A stretch of 64,000 nt of DNA, taken from contig OZ024743.1 of assembly GCA_964016885.1 (NCBI GenBank), forward strand, positions 142,972,001 through 143,036,000. The letters run 5' to 3'. The stretch is from Eledone cirrhosa (taxonomy: Eukaryota). The notes beneath the pieces are model-generated. The model ran no database searches. It was given only the letters and a program-made list of their open reading frames with translations, and was not told the origin of the DNA. Of the stretch, positions 11,501 through 23,470 are shown one piece after another (position 1 is the first letter of the stretch; every line of letters starts with the position of its first letter). Position numbers and translations under genes: made by a program.

Positions 11501-14500
11501 GTGTTTGGTGTTTGCTGTTTGCTATTTGGTGTTTGCTGTTTGGTGTTTGCTGTTTGGTGTTTGCTGTTTGGTGTTTGCTGTTTGGTGTTTGGTGTTTGGT
11601 GTTTGGTGCTTGGTGCTTTGTTTTTGCTCTTTGGTGCTTTGTGCTTGGTGTTTGGTGTTTGGTGCTCAGTGCTTGGTGTTTGGTGTTTGGTGCTTGGTGC
11701 TTGGTTCTTGGTGATTGCTGCTTGGTGCTTGGTGCCTGGTGTTTGGTGTTTGGTGTTTGGTGCTTCGTGCTTGGTGCTTTGTGTTTTTTGCTTGGTGCTT
11801 GGTGATTGGTGCTTGGTGCCTGGTGTTTGGTGTTTGGTGTTTGGTGCTTGGTGCTTGGTGTTTGGTATTTGGTGCTTGGTGCTTCGTGTCTGGTGCTTGG
11901 TATTTGGTGCTTGGTGTTTGGTGCTTGGTGCTTGGTGCTTGGTGTTTGGTGCTTGGTGCTTGGTGCTTGGTATTTGGTGTTTGGTGCTTGGTTCTTGGTG
12001 TTTGGTGTTTGGTGCTTGGTGCTTGGTGTTTGGTATTTGGTGCTTCGTGCTTGGTGTTTGGTGATTGGTGCTTGGTGCTTGGTGCTTGGTGTCTGGTGCT
12101 TGGTGCTTGGTGTTTGGTGTTTGGTGCTTGGTGCTTGGTGTTTGGTGTTTGGTGTTTGGTGCTTGGTGCTTGGTACTTGGTGTTTGGTGCTTGGTGCTTG
12201 GTGCTTGGTGCTTGGTGCTTGGTGTTTGGTGTTTAGTGCTTGGTGCTTGGTATTTGGCGTTTGGCGCTTGGTGCTTGGTGTTTGGTGTTTGGTGCTTGGT
12301 GTTTGGTGCTTGGTGCTTGGTGTTTGGTGTTTGGCGCTTGGTGCTTGGTGTTTTGTGCTTGGTGCTTGGTGCTTGGTGTTTGGTGTTTGCTGTTTGCTGT
12401 TCGCTGTTTGGTGTTTGGTGTTTCCTGTTTGGTGTTTGGTGTTTGCGGTTTGGTGTTTGCTATTTGGTGTTTGGTATTTGGCGTTTGATGTTTGGCATTT
12501 GTTGTTTGATGTTTGGTGTTTGGTACTTGGTGTTTGCTGTTTGATGTTTGGTGATTGGTGTTTGATGTTTGGTGTTTGGTGCTTGGTGCTTGGTGCTTGG
12601 TGCTTAGTGTTTTATGTTTAGCGCTTGGTGCTTGGTGTTTTGTGCTTGGTGCTTGGTGCTTGGTGTTTGGTGCTTGGTTCTTGGTGTTTGGTGTTTGGTG
12701 ATTGGTGCTTGGTGTTTGGTGCTTGGGGTTTGGTGCTTGGTGCTTGGTGATTGGTGCTTGGTGCTTGGTGTTTGGTGTTTGGTGTTTGGTGCTTGGTGCT
12801 TGGTACTTGGTGTTTTGTGTTTGGTGCTTGGTGCTTGGTGCTTGGTGCTTGGTGTTTGGTGCTTGGTGCTTGATGCTTGGTGCTTGGTGCTTGGTGTTTG
12901 GTGTTTAGTGCTTGGTGCTTGGTATTTGGTGTTTGGTGCTTGGTGCTTGGTGTTTGGTGTTTGGTGTTTGGTGCTTGGTGCTTGGTGTTTGGTGATTGGT
13001 GCTTGGTACTTGGTGTTTGGTGCTCGGTGCTTGGTGCTTGGTGTTTCGTGCTTCCTGCTTGGTGTTTGGTGCTTGGTGCTTGGTGTTTGTTGCTTGGTGT
13101 TTGGTGCTTGGTGTTTGGTGCTTGGTGCTTGGTGTTTGGTGTTTGGTGTTTGGTGCTTGGTGCTTGGTGCTTGGTGCTTGGTGTTTTGTGCTTGGAGCCT
13201 GGTGTTTGGTGTTTGCTGTTTGCTGTTCGCTGTTTGGTGTTTGGTGTTTCCTGTTTGGTGTTTGGTGTTTGCGGTTTGGTGTTTGCTATTTGGTGTTTGG
13301 TATTTGGCGTTTGATGTTTGGCATTTGTTGTTTGATGTTTGGTGTTTGGTACTTGGTGTTTGCTGTTTGATGTTTGGTGATTGGTGTTTGGTGTTTGGTG
13401 TTTGGTGCTTGGTGCTTGGTGCTTGGTGCTTAGTGTTTTATGTTTAGCGCTTGGTGCTTGGTGTTTTGTGCTTGGTGCTTGGTGCTTGGTGTTTGGTGCT
13501 TGGTTCTTGGTGTTTGGTGTTTGGTGATTGGTGCTTGGTGTTTGGTGCTTGGGGTTTGGTGCTTGGTGCTTGGTGATTGGTGCTTGGTGCTTGGTGTTTG
13601 GTGTTTGGTGTTTGGTGCTTGGTGCTTGGTACTTGGTGTTTTGTGTTTGGTGCTTGGTGCTTGGTGCTTGGTGCTTGGTGTTTGGTGCTTGGTGCTTGAT
13701 GCTTGGTGCTTGGTGCTTGGTGTTTGGTGTTTAGTGCTTGGTGCTTGGTATTTGGTGTTTGGTGCTTGGTGCTTGGTGTTTGGTGTTTGGTGTTTGGTGC
13801 TTGGTGCTTGGTGTTTGGTGATTGGTGCTTGGTACTTGGTGTTTGGTGCTCGGTGCTTGGTGCTTGGTGTTTCGTGCTTCCTGCTTGGTGTTTGGTGCTT
13901 GGTGCTTGGTGTTTGTTGCTTGGTGTTTGGTGCTTGGTGTTTGGTGCTTGGTGCTTGGTGTTTGGTGTTTGGTGTTTGGTGCTTGGTGCTTGGTGCTTGG
14001 TGCTTGGTGTTTTGTGCTTGGAGCCTGGTGTTTGGTGTTTGGTGCTTGGTGCTTGGTGTTTGGTGTTTGATGCTTGGTTCTTGGTGTTTGGTGTTTGGTG
14101 ATTGGTGCTTGGTGTTTGGTGCTTGGGGTTTGGTACTTGGTGCTTGGTGATTGGTGTTTGGTGCTTGGTGCTTGGTGTATGGTGTTTGGTGCTTGGAGCT
14201 TGGTGTTTGGTGTTTGGTGCTTCATGCTTGGTGTTTGGTGCTTGGTGCTTGGTGTTGTTGTTTGGTGCTTGGTGCTTGGTGCTTGGTGTTTGGTGTTTGG
14301 TGTTTGCTGTTTGCTGTTTGGTGTTTGCTGTTTGGTGTTTGCTGTTTGGTGTTTGGTGTTTGGTGTTTGGTGTTTGGTGCTTGGTGCTTTGTTTTTGCTC
14401 TTTGGTGCTTTGTGCTTGGTGTTTGGTGTTTGGTGCTTAGTGCTTGGTGTTTGGTGTTTGGTGCTTGGTGCTTGGTGCTTGCTGCTTGGTGCTTGGTGCC

Positions 14501-17500
14501 TGGTGTTTGGTGTTTGGTGTTTGGTGCTTGGTGCTTGGTGATTTGTGTTTTTTGCTTGGTGCTTGGTGATTGGTGCTTGGTGCCTGGTGTTTGGTGTTTG
14601 GTGTTTGGTGCTTGGTGCTTGGTGTTTGTTGTTTTGTGCTTGGTGCTTGGCGTTTGCTGTTTGGCATTTGGGGTTTGGCATTTGCTGTTTGGCGTTTGGG
14701 GTTTGGCGTTTGCTTTTTGGCGTTTGCTGTTTGCTGTTTGGTGTTTGCTGTTTGGTGTTTGCTGTTTGGTGTTTGCTGTTTGGTGTTTGCTGTTTGGTGC
14801 TTGGTGCTTGGTGTTTGGTGCATGGTGCTTGGTGCTTGGTGCTTGGTGTTTGGTACTTGGTGCTTGGTGTTGGGTGCTTGGGACTTGGTGCTTGGTGTTT
14901 GGTGCTTGGTGTTTGGTGTTTGGTGCTTGGTGCTTGGTGTTTGGTGTTTGGTGCTTGGTATTTGCTGTTTGGTGCTTGGTGCTTGGTGTTTGGTGCTTGG
15001 TGCTTGGTGCTTGGTGTTTGGTGCTTGGTGCTTGGTGCTTGGTGCTTGATGCTTGGTGCTTGTTGCTTGGTGTTTAGTGCTTGGTGCTTGGTGTTTGGTG
15101 TTTGCTGTTTGGTGTTCGCTGTTTGGTGTTTGGTGTTTCCTGTTTGGTGTTTGGTGTTTGCGGTTTGGTGTTTGCTATTTGGTGTTTGGTGTTTGGCGTT
15201 TGAAGTTTGGCATTTGTTGTTTGTTGTTTGCTGTTTGGTGTTTGATGTTTGGTGTTTGGTGTTTGGTGTTTGCTGTTTGATGTTTGGTGATTGGTGTTTG
15301 ATGTTTGGTGTTTGGTGCTTGGTGCTTGGTGCTTGGTGCTTAGTGTTTTATGTTTAGCGCTTGGTGCTTGGTGTTTTGTGCTTGGTGCTTGGTGCTTGGT
15401 GTTTGGTGCTTGGTTCTTGGTGTTTGGTGTTTGGTGATTGGTGCTTGGTGTTTGGTGCTTGGGGTTTGGTGCTTGGTGCTTGGTGATTGGTGTTTGTTGC
15501 TTGGTGCTTGGTATTTGGTGTTTGGTGCTTGGAGCTTGGTATTTGGTGTTTGGTGCTTGGTGCTTGGTGTTTGGTGTTTGGTGTTTGGTGCTTGGTGCTT
15601 GGTACTTGGTGTTTTGTGTTTGGTGCTTGGTGCTTGGTGCTTGGTGCTTGGTGTTTGGTGCTTGGTGCTTGATGCTTGGTGCTTGGTGCTTGGTGTTTGG
15701 TGTTTAGTGCTTGGTGCTTGGTATTTGGTGTTTGGTGCTTGGTTCTTGGTGTTTGGTGTTTGGTGCTAGGTGTTTGGATTTTGGTGTTTGGTGCTTGGTG
15801 CTTGGTGTTTGGTGATTGGTGCTTGGTACTTGGTGTTTGGTGCTCGGTGCTTGGTGCTTGGTGCTTGGTGTTTCGTGCTTGGTGCTTGGTGTTTGGTGCT
15901 TGGTGCTTGGTGTTTGTTGCTTGGTGCTTGGTGCTTGGTGTTTGGTGCTTGGTGTTTGGTGTTTGGTGTTTGGTGCTTGGTGCTTGGTGCTTGGTGTTTG
16001 GTGCTTGGTGCTTGGTGTTTTGTGTTTGGTGCTTGGTTCTTGGTGTTTGGTGTTTGGTGATTGGTGCTTGGTGTTTGGTGCTTGGTGTTTGGTGCTTGGT
16101 GCTTGGTGATTGGTGTTTGCTGCTTGGTGCTTGGTGTTTGGTGTTTGGTGCTTGGAGCTTGGTGTTTGGTGTTTGGTGCTTGGTGCTTGGTGCTTGGTGA
16201 TTGGTGCTTGGTGCTTGGTGTTTGGTGTTTGGTGTTTGGTGCTTGGTGCTTGGTACTTGGTGTTTTGTGTTTGGTGCTTGGTGCTTGGTGCTTGGTGCTT
16301 GGTGTTTGGTGCTTGGTGCTTGATGCTTGGTGCTTGGTGCTTGGTGTTTGGTGTTTAGTGCTTGGTGCTTGGTATTTGGTGTTTGGTGCTTGGTGCTTGG
16401 TGTTTGGTGTTTGGTGTTTGGTGCTTGGTGCTTGGTGTTTGGTGATTGGTGCTTGGTACTTGGTGTTTGGTGCTCGGTGCTTGGTGCTTGGTGTTTCGTG
16501 CTTGCTGCTTGGTGTTTGGTGCTTGGTGCTTGGTGTTTGTTGCTTGGTGCTTGGTGCTTGGTGTTTGGTGCTTGGTGCTTAGTGTTTGGTGTTTGGTGTT
16601 TGGTGCTTGGTGCTTGGTGCTTGGTGTTTTGTGCTTGGAGCCTGGTGTTTGGTGTTTGGTGCTTGGTGCTTGGTGTTTGGTGTTTGGTGCTTGGTGCTTG
16701 GTGTTTTGTGTTTGGTGCTTGGTTCTTGGTGTTTGGTGTTTGGTGATTGGTGCTTGGTGTTTGGTGCTTGGGGTTTGGTGCTTGGTGCTTGGTGATTGGT
16801 GTTTGGTGCTTGGTGCTTGGTGTATGGTGTTTGGTGCTTGGAGCTTGGTGTTTGGTGTTTGGTGCTTCATGCTTGGTGTTTGGTGCTTGGTACTTGGTGT
16901 TGTTGTTTGGTGCTTGGTGCTTGGTGCTTGGTGTTTGGTGTTTGGTGTTTGCTGTTTGCTGTTTGGTGTTTGCTGTTTGGTGTTTGCTGTTTGGTGTTTG
17001 GTGTTTGGTGTTTGCTGTTTGGTGCTTGGTGCTTTGTTTTTGCTCTTTGGTGCTTTGTGCTTGGTGTTTGGTGTTTGGTGCTTAGTGCTTGGTGTTTGGT
17101 GTTTGGTGCTTGGTGCTTGGTGCTTGGTGCTTGCTGCTTGCTGCTTGGTGCCTGGTGTTTGGTGTTTGGTGTTTGGTGCTTGGTGCTTGGTGATTTGTGT
17201 TTTTTGCTTGGTGCTTGGTGATTGGTGCTTGGTGCCTGGTGTTTGGTGTTTGGTGTTTGGTGCTTGGTGCTTGGTGTTTGGTGTTTTGTGCTTGGTGCTA
17301 GGTGTTTGGTGTTTGGTGCTTGGCGTTTGCTGTTTGGCATTTGGGGTTTGGCATTTGCTGTTTGGCGTTTGGGGTTTGGCGTTTGCTTTTTGGCGTTTGC
17401 TGTTTGGTGTTTGGTGTTTGCTGTTTGCTGTTTGGTGTTTGCTGTTTGGTGTTTGCTGTTTGGTGTTTGCTGTTTGGTGCTTGGTGCTTGGTGTTTGCTG

Positions 17501-20500
17501 CTTGGTGCTTGGTGTTTGGTGTTTGGTGCTTGGAGCTTGGTGTTTGGTGTTTGGTGCTTGGTGCTTGGTGTTTGGTGCTTGGTGCTTGGTGTTGTTGTTT
17601 GGTGCTTGGTACTTGGTGCTTGGTGTTTGGTGTTTGGTGTTTGCTGTTTGCTGTTTGGTGTTTGCTGTTTGGTGTTTGGTGTTTGGTGTTTGCTGTTTGA
17701 TGTTTGGTGATTGGTGTTTGATGTTTGGTGTTTGGTGCTTGGTGCTTGGTGCTTGGTGCTTAGTGTTTTTTGTTTAGCGCTTGGTGCTTGGTGTTTTGTG
17801 CTTGGTGCTTGGTGCTTGGTGTTTGGTGCTTGGTTCTTGGTGTTTGGTGTTTGGTGATTGGTGCTTGGTGTTTGGTGCTTGGGGTTTGGTGCTTGGTGCT
17901 TGGTGATTGGTGTTTGTTGCTTGGTGCTTGGTATTTGGTGTTTGGTGCTTGGAGCTTGGTATTTGGTGTTTGGTGCTTGGTGCTTGGTGTTTGGTGTTTG
18001 GTGTTTGGTGCTTGGTGCTTGGTACTTGGTGTTTTGTGTTTGGTGCTTGGTGCTTGGTGCTTGGTGCTTGGTGTTTGGTGCTTGGTGCTTGATGCTTGGT
18101 GCTTGGTGCTTGGTGTTTGGTGTTTAGTGCTTGGTGCTTGGTATTTGGTATTTGGTGCTTGGTTCTTGGTGTTTGGTGTTTGGTGCTTGGTGCTAGGTGT
18201 TTGGTGTTTGGTGTTTGGTGCTTGGTGCTTGGTGTTTGGTGATTGGTGCTTGGTACTTGCTGTTTGGTGCTCGGTGCTTGGTGCTTGGTGTTTCGTGCTT
18301 GGTGCTTGGTGTTTGGTGCTTGGTGCTTGGTGTTTGTTGCTTGGTGCTTGGTGCTTGGTGTTTGGTGCTAGGTGCTTGGTGTGTCTGGTGTTTGGTGTTT
18401 GGTGCTTGGTGCTTGGTGCTTGGTGTTTGGTGCTTGGTGCTTGGTGTTTTGTGTTTGGTGCTTGGTTCTTGGTGTTTGGTGTTTGGTGATTGGTGCTTGG
18501 TGTTTGGTGCTTGGTGTTTGGTGCTTGGTGCTTGGTGATTGGTGTTTGCTGCTTGGTGCTTGGTGTTTGGTGTTTGGTGCTTGGAGCTTGGTGTTTGGTG
18601 TTTGGTGCTTGGTGCTTGGTGTTTGGTGCTTGGTGCTTGGTGTTGTTGTTTGGTGCTTGGTACTTGGTGCTTGGTGTTTGGTGTTTGGTGTTTGCTGTTT
18701 GCTGTTTGGTGTTTGCTGTTTGGTGTTTGCTGTTTGGTGTTTGGTGTTTGATGTTTGGTGTTTGGTGCTTGGTGCTTTGTTTTTGCTCTTTGGTGCTTTG
18801 TGCTTGGTGTTTGGTGTTTGGTGCTTAGTGCTTGGTGTTTGGTGTTTGGTGCTTGGTGCTTGGTGCTTGGTGCTTGCTGCTTGGTGCTTGGTGCCTGGTG
18901 TTTGGTGTTTGGTGTTTGGTGCTTGGTGCTTGGTGCTTTGTGTTTTTTGCTTGGTGCTTGGTGATTGGTGCTTGGTGCCTGGTGTTTGGTGTTTGGTGTT
19001 TGGTGCTTGGTGCTTGGTGTTTGGTATTTGGTGATTGGTGCTTCGTGTCTGGTGCTTGGTATTTGGTGCTTGGTGTTTGGTGCTTGGTGCTTGGTGCTTG
19101 GTGTTTGGTGCTTGGTGCTTGGTGCTTGGTATTTGGTGTTTGGTGCTTGGTGCTTGGTGTTTGGTGTTTGGTGCTTGGTGCTTGGTGTTTGGTATTTGGT
19201 GCTTCGTGCTTGGTGTTTGGTGATTGGTGCTTGTTGTTTGGTGCTTGGTGTCTGGTGCTTGGTGCTTGGTGTTTGGTGTTTGGTGCTTGGTGCTTGGTGT
19301 TTGGTGTTTGGTGTTTGGTGCTTGGTGCTTGGTACTTGGTGTTTGGTGCTTGGTGCTTGGTGCTTGGTGTTTGGTGTTTGGTGCTTGGTGCTTGGTGGTG
19401 GTGTTTGGTGCTTCGTGCTTGGTGTTTGGTGATTGGTGCTTGGTGCTTGGTGCTTGGTGTCTGGTGCTTGGTGCTTGGTGTTTGGTGTTTGGTGCTTGGT
19501 GCTTGGTGTTTGGTGTTTGGTGTTTGGTGCTTGGTGCTTGGTACTTGGTGTTTTGTGTTTGGTGCTTGGTGCTTGGTGCTTGGTGCTTGGTGTTTGGTGC
19601 TTGGTGCTTGATGCTTGGTGCTTGGTGCTTGGTGTTTGGTGTTTAGTGCTTGGTGCTTGGTATTTGGTGTTTGGCGCTTGGTGATTGGTGTTTGGTGTTT
19701 GGTGCTTGGTGTTTGGTGCTTGGTGCTTGGTGTTTGGTGTTTGGCGCTTGGTGCTTGGTGTTTTGTGCTTGGTGCTTGGTGCTTGGTGTTTGGTGTTTGC
19801 TGTTTGGTGTTCGCTGTTTGGTGTTTGGTGTTTCCAGTTTGGTGTTTGGTGTTTGAAGTTTGGCATTTGTTGTTTGTTGTTTGCTGTTTGGTGTTTGATG
19901 TTTGGTGTTTGGTGTTTGGTGTTTGCTGTTTGATGTTTGGTGATTGGTGTTTGATGTTTGGTGTTTGGTGCTTGGTGATTGGTGCTTGGTGCTTAGTGTT
20001 TTATGTTTAGCGCTTGGTGCTTGGTGTTTTGTGCTTGGTGCTTGGTGCTTGGTGTTTGGTGCTTGGTCCTTGGTGTTTGGTGTTTGGTGATTGGTGCTTG
20101 GTGTTTGGTGCTTGGGGTTTGGTGCTTGGTGCTTGGTGATTGGTGTTCGTTGCTTGGTGCTTGGTATTTGGTGTTTGGTGCTTGGAGCTTGGTATTTGGT
20201 GTTTGGTGCTTGGTGCTTGGTGTTTGGTGTTTGGTGTTTGGTGCTTGGTGCTTGGTACTTGGTGTTTTGTGTTTGGTGCTTGGTGCTTGGTGTTTGGTGC
20301 TTGGTGTTTGGTGCTTGGTGCTTGATGCTTGGTGCTTGGTGCTTGGTGTTTGGTGTTTAGTGCTTGGTGCTTGGTATTTGGTGTTTGGTGCTTGGTTCTT
20401 GGTGTTTGGTGTTTGGTGCTTGGTGCTAGGTGTTTGGTGTTTGGTGTTTGGTGCTTGGTGCTTGGTGTTTGGTGATTGGTGCTTGGTACTTGGTGTTTGG

Positions 20501-23470
20501 TGCTCGGTGCTTGGTGCTTGGTGTTTCGTGCTTGGTGCTTGGTGTTTGGTGCTTGGTGCTTGGTGTTTGTTGCTTGGTGCTTGGTGCTTGGTGTTTGGTG
20601 CTAGGTGCTTGGTGTTTGGTGTTTGGTGTTTGGTGCTTGGTGCTTGGTGCTTGGTGTTTGGTGCTTGGTGTTTGGTGTTTTGTGTTTGGTGCTTGGTTCT
20701 TGGTGTTTGGTGATTGGTGCTTGGTGTTTGGTGCTTGGTGTTTGGTGCTTGGTGCTTGGTGATTGGTGTTTGCTGCTTGGTGCTTGGTGTTTGGTGTTTG
20801 GTGCTTGGAGCTTGGTGTTTGGTGTTTGGTGCTTGTTGCTTGGTGTTTGGTGCTTGGTGCTTGGTGTTGTTGTTTGGTGCTTGGTACTTGGTGCTTGGTG
20901 TTTGGTGTTTGGTGTTTGCTGTTTTCTGTTTGGTGTTTGCTGTTTGGTGTTTACTGTTTGGTGTTTGGTGTTTGGTGTTTGGTGTTTGGTGCTTGGTGCT
21001 TTGTTTTTGCTCTTTGGTGCTTTGTGCTTGGTGTTTGGTGTTTGGTGCTTAGTGCTTGGTGTTTGGTGTTTGGTGCTTGGTGTTTGGTGCTTGGTGCTTG
21101 CTGCTTGGTGCTTGGTGCCTGGTGTTTGGTGTTTGGTGTTTGGTGCTTGGTGCTTGGTGCTTTGTGTTTTTTGCTTGGTGCTTGGTGATTGGTGCTTGGT
21201 GCCTGGTGTTTGGTGTTTGGTGTTTGGTGCTTGGTGCTTGGTGTTTGGTATTTGGTGCTTCGTGCTTGGTGTTTGGTGATTGGTGCTTGGTGCTTGGTGC
21301 TTGGTGTCTGGTGCTTGGTGCTTGGTGTTTGGTGTTTGGTGCTTGGTGCTTGGTGTTTGGTGTTTGGTGTTTGGTGCTTCGTGCTTGGTACTTGGTGTTT
21401 GGTGCTTGGTGCTTGGTGCTTGGTGCTTGGTGTTTGGTGTTTAGTGCTTGGTGCTTGGTATTTGGTGTTTGGCGCTTGGTGCTTGGTGTTTGGTGTTCGG
21501 TGCTTGGTGTTTGGTGCTTGGTGCTTGGTGTTTGGTGTTTGGCGCTTGGTGCTTGGTGTTTTGTGCTTGGTGCTTGGTGCTTGGTGTTTGGTGTTTGCTG
21601 TTTGCTGTTCGCTGTTTGGTGTTTGGTGTTTCCTGTTTGGTGTTTGGTGTTTGCGGTTTGGTGTTTGCTATTTGGTGTTTGGTGTTTGGCGTTTGATGTT
21701 TGGCATTTGTTGTTTGATGTTTGGTGTTTGGTGTTTGGTGTTTGCTGTTTGATGTTTGGTGATTGGTGTTTGATGTTTGGTGTTTGGTGCTTGGTGCTTG
21801 GTGCTTGGTGCTTAGTGTTTTATGTTTAGCGCTTGGTGCTTGGTGTTTTGTGCTTGGTGCTTGGTGCTTGGTGTTTGGTGCTTGGTTCTTGGTGTTTGGT
21901 GTTTGGTGATTGGTGCTTGGTGTTTGGTGCTTGGGGTTTGGTGCTTGGTGCTTGGTGATTGGTGCTTGGTGCTTGGTGTTTGGTGTTTGGTGTTTGGTGC
22001 TTGGTGCTTGGTACTTGGTGTTTTGTGTTTGGTGCTTGGTGCTTGGTGCTTGGTGCTTGGTGTTTGGTGCTTGGTGCTTGATGCTTGGTGCTTGGTGCTT
22101 GGTGTTTGGTGTTTAGTGCTTGGTGCTTGGTATTTGGTGTTTGGTGCTTGGTGCTTGGTGTTTGGTGTTTGGTGTTTGGTGCTTGGTGCTTGGTGTTTGG
22201 TGATTGGTGCTTGGTACTTGGTGTTTGGTGCTCGGTGCTTGGTGCTTGGTGTTTCGTGCTTGCTGCTTGGTGTTTGGTGCTTGGTGCTTGGTGTTTGTTG
22301 CTTGGTGCTTGGTGCTTGGTGTTTGGTGCTTGGTGCTTAGTGTTTGGTGTTTGGTGTTTGGTGCTTGGTGCTTGTTGCTTGGTGCTTGGTGTTTTGTGCT
22401 TGGAGCCTGGTGTTTGGTGTTTGGTGCTTGGTGCTTGGTGTTTGGTGTTTGGTGCTTGGTGCTTGGTGTTTTGTGTTTGGTGCTTGGTTCTTGGTGTTTG
22501 GTGTTTGGTGATTGGTGCTTGCTGTTTGGTGCTTGGGGTTTGGTGCTTGGTGCTTGGTGATTGGTGTTTGGTGCTTGGTGCTTGGTGTATGGTGTTTGGT
22601 GCTTGGAGCTTGGTGTTTGTTGTTTGGTGCTTCATGCTTGGTGTTTGGTGCTTGGTGCTTGGTGTTGTTGTTTGGTGCTTGGTGCTTGGTGTTTGGTGTT
22701 TGGTGTTTGCTGTTTGCTGTTTGGTGTTTGCTGTTTGGTGTTTGCTGTTTGGTGTTTGGTGTTGGTGTTTGGTGTTTGGTGCTTGGTGCTTTGTTTTTGC
22801 TCTTTGGTGCTTTGTGCTTGGTGTTTGGTGTTTGGTGCTTAGTGCTTGGTGTTTGGTGTTTGGTGCTTGGAGCTTGGTGCTTGGTGCTTGCTGCTTGCTG
22901 CTTGGTGCCTGGTGTTTGGTGTTTGGTGTTTGGTGCTTGGTGCTTGGTGATTTGTGTTTTTTGCTTGGTGCTTGGTGATTGGTGCTTGGTGCCTGGTGTT
23001 TGGTGTTTGGTGTTTGGTGCTTGGTGCTTGGTGTTTGGTGTTTTGTGCTTGGTGCTAGGTGTTTGGTGTTTGGTGCTTGGCGTTTGCTGTTTGGCATTTG
23101 GGGTTTGGCATTTGCTGTTTGGCGTTTGGGGTTTGGCGTTTGCTTTTTGGCGTTTGCTGTTTGGTGTTTGGTGTTTGCTGTTTGCTGTTTGCTGTTTGCT
23201 GTTTGGTGTTTGCTGTTTGGTGTTTGCTGTTTGGTGTTTGCTGTTTGGTGCTTGGTGCTTGGTGTTTGCTGCTTGGTGCTTGGTGTCTGGTGTTTGGTGC
23301 TTGGAGCTTGGTGTTTGGTGTTTGGTGCTTGGTGCTTGGTGTTTGGTGCTTGGTGCTTGGTGTTGTTGTTTGGTGCTTGGTACTTGGTGCTTGGTGTTTG
23401 GTGTTTGGTGTTTGCTGTTTGCTGTTTGGTGTTTGCTGTTTGGTGTTTGGTGTTTGGTGTTTGGTGTTTG
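4320..23470. repeat. ~11.87 kb higher-order period (about 4320-11500 matches about 16200-23400)
   Basis: Matching ORF-track or landmark offsets: 4448->16327 = 11879, 5350->17222 = 11872, 5905->17770 = 11865, 8137->20003 = 11866, 9985->21822 = 11837, 11086->22979 = 11893. Confidence 0.82.
12374..14030. repeat. 826-bp (118-monomer) local tandem duplication, copy 1 of 2
   Basis: The landmarks at 12614 and 13440 are 826 bp apart. The rare motif GTGCTTCCTGC occurs at ~13048 and ~13874, and GGAGCCTGG at ~13194 and ~14020. Confidence 0.88.
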